From NCBI GenBank assembly GCA_963761915.1, contig CAVXIO010000004.1:2267-66266 (forward strand): 64,000 bases of DNA. Direction: 5' to 3'. The notes beneath the pieces are model-generated. The model made no database searches, was not told where the DNA came from, and was given only the letters and a program-made list of their open reading frames with translations. Of this stretch, positions 62,353 through 64,000 are shown piece after piece (position 1 is the first letter of the stretch; every line of letters begins with the position of its first letter). Both the position numbers and the translations under genes were made by a program. The stretch comes from an uncultured Acidobacteriota bacterium (GTDB lineage Bacteria; Acidobacteriota; Terriglobia; Terriglobales; Acidobacteriaceae).

Positions 62353-63303
62353 TCAGTGAATGCAACTTTGATTGCTGGTACCGAAAGTATCAGCCACCCA
62401 AGAATTGCCGTCGCAGGTGGCGTTGCCATCGAAAAGATCGAAACTAGTGTTCCCCGTAACATTGCTGTTGTCAGTTACTGTATTCTTGCTCGCTGTGCTG
62501 CACTGTAATCCGATTCCCACAACCGCGTTTCCATTGATGTTTTGATTGTCAACAATAATGTTTCCCGTGCTCGGAGCGCCCGCTGTTCCGCATGTGAGGG
62601 GAGCATTGGCACTGACGCCAATCCATATGCTTGCGAGCTGCGGTCCGCCGCTTCCGAAGGTGTTACCGGCAACGATATTGTCATAGGACAGGGTGCCCGA
62701 GGCATTGTTTTGTATCCAAACGCCATAGCCGGTCCCCGAGGTGCCGTTACCTGAGATCTGGATGTTGTATTCCACAATGCCGTCGCGCGTATTTGCCAGG
62801 TAGACGCCATTGGCGCCATTCCCCGTTATAGAACTGGAGCCGAGTACACTGCCATTTACTGCCTTCATGATGACGCCATTTTCAGCGTTGGCGCGGATCG
62901 TCAGCCCTTCGAGCAGGGCAGAACCGGCGCTATCAAGAATTCCTGTATTGAACGCGGTTATTGTCCCTCCCACTACATGGGCTCCGGTGGCACCCGACGT
63001 AATTTCGACCCCGATCGCCGAGCCGGTTCCCGTCAGCGCGAAATGGTTCAGGTTGATGGTTACGCTGGGCGCTGTCACTACAATACAGTTTGCCCCGGCA
63101 GCAGGTGTGAGGTTCGCGGTAACGCTATAGCTGCTTCCTGCCGTCCCTGCGGTAAACGTGGGATTGCAGCTTGCAATGGGGATTGTCGGCGGAGATGCCG
63201 CCATGACCGATGTTTGCACTCGATTCGTTTCGGCGGGGACTATGAGAATAAGCGCGCCGCTCGCGAGCATAGCGATTGGCAGGAACCACTTGGGCTTTTG
63301 CAT
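62353..63303 (-). CDS. exported right-handed parallel beta-helix repeat protein
   Basis: Signal-like MQKPKWFLPIAMLASGALILIV. Repetitive G/N/T/I-rich turns (ITGNGANGVYL, ISGNGTSGTGYGVWI, VTDNSNVTGN) are typical of beta-helix/NosD-like folds. Confidence 0.65.
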   Translation of the reverse strand: MQKPKWFLPIAMLASGALILIVPAETNRVQTSVMAASPPTIPIASCNPTFTAGTAGSSYSVTANLTPAAGANCIVVTAPSVTINLNHFALTGTGSAIGVEITSGATGAHVVGGTITAFNTGILDSAGSALLEGLTIRANAENGVIMKAVNGSVLGSSSITGNGANGVYLANTRDGIVEYNIQISGNGTSGTGYGVWIQNNASGTLSYDNIVAGNTFGSGGPQLASIWIGVSANAPLTCGTAGAPSTGNIIVDNQNINGNAVVGIGLQCSTASKNTVTDNSNVTGNTSFDLFDGNATCDGNSWVADTFGTSNQSCIH

Positions 63304-63411
63304 GAAAGAGTCTCCAGGGAACAAATCAAGGGAGGAGGTTCTGTACAAACTGAGGGGGAAAACACTATACCATGCACAGAGCCTGACGGATAGTCGTAGC
63401 GGCGAATTCCG

Positions 63412-64000
63412 TTACGGTTCCAGGGCGGAAGCAGGGAAGTATAGTCTTGCCTCGAAGAAGTTCTCCACCTGCGTCAGTATCTCGCGGGCGCTTTTGGATT
63501 CGTAGATAGCTTTGCGTAGGGCGGCACCGCCGGGAACGCCGTGTGTGAACCACGAAGCGAATTGCTTCATCTTGCCAACCGCGTCGGGGAGTTCTTCTTC
63601 GATCAGCATCTGAAAGTAGGTGCGAATCATCTGGTAGCGGTCGGCTTCGCTAGGCTGGTCATACGCCATTCCCCTGCAATGCTGCTGAATCTGTCGGAAT
63701 ATCCACGGATTCGACGGCGCTGTCCGCCCAATCATCACCGCATCGCAGCTGGTTTGCGTCACCATGGCGCAAGCATCTTCCGGCGTACGGATGTCCCCAT
63801 TCCCAATTACAGGAATCTTTACCGCGTCTTTCACAGCGGCAATCCACTCCCAGCGCGCATTCCCGCTATACCCCTGTTCCCGTGTTCGCGCGTGTAGCGC
63901 CACGGCCGCCAGTCCGCAGGATTCCGCCATGCGGGCCAGTTCCACGCAAACGATTTCGTCGTCGCTCCATCCAGCACGAAATTTCACGGTAAAGGGAATC
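63412..64000 (-). CDS. dus: tRNA-dihydrouridine synthase (5'-truncated by the window edge)
   Basis: VKFRAGWSDD..., AVALHARTREQGYSG..., IPVIGNGDI..., DAVMIGR. The reading frame stays open to the window end. Confidence 0.85.
   Translation of the reverse strand, partial: IPFTVKFRAGWSDDEIVCVELARMAESCGLAAVALHARTREQGYSGNARWEWIAAVKDAVKIPVIGNGDIRTPEDACAMVTQTSCDAVMIGRTAPSNPWIFRQIQQHCRGMAYDQPSEADRYQMIRTYFQMLIEEELPDAVGKMKQFASWFTHGVPGGAALRKAIYESKSAREILTQVENFFEARLYFPASALEP

Overview
This window looks like a high-GC, probably Acidobacteriota-type, chromosomal segment. The taxon call is inference from gene content and repeat families. The first third is the conserved translation/transcription superoperon on the minus strand: tRNA-Thr, tRNA-Tyr, tRNA-Thr, tRNA-Gly, tuf, rpmG, tRNA-Trp, secE, nusG, rplK, rplA, rplJ, rplL, rpoB, rpoC. 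The rest is housekeeping: a split DsbD-type thiol-reductant module, glnS, a B12 radical SAM gene, gltX, a GGDEF/HD-GYP protein, lpxC, folK, hup, serA, rsmD, rsmI, rlmI, hsp20, clpB and others. I saw no CRISPR array, transposase, integrase or rRNA. The main anomaly is rpoC: two diverged full-length copies lie in tandem with a 4254-bp period. They are fused in frame into one 2813-codon ORF through a translated copy of the rpoB-rpoC spacer. The same operon carries other non-canonical content: a retropepsin-like protease wedged between nusG and rplK, a 73-aa ORF between rplJ and rplL, extra ORFs among the tRNAs, and a Cys8 double zinc-ribbon insertion in RpoB. Other points are a tRNA-like element with a broken anticodon stem next to glnS, several palindromic repeat families, an AT-rich island with a phased motif, and two frameshifted genes (an M50 protease and an MBL hydrolase). 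All calls rest on reading the sequence and ORF track and on remembered family motifs. No searches were run.
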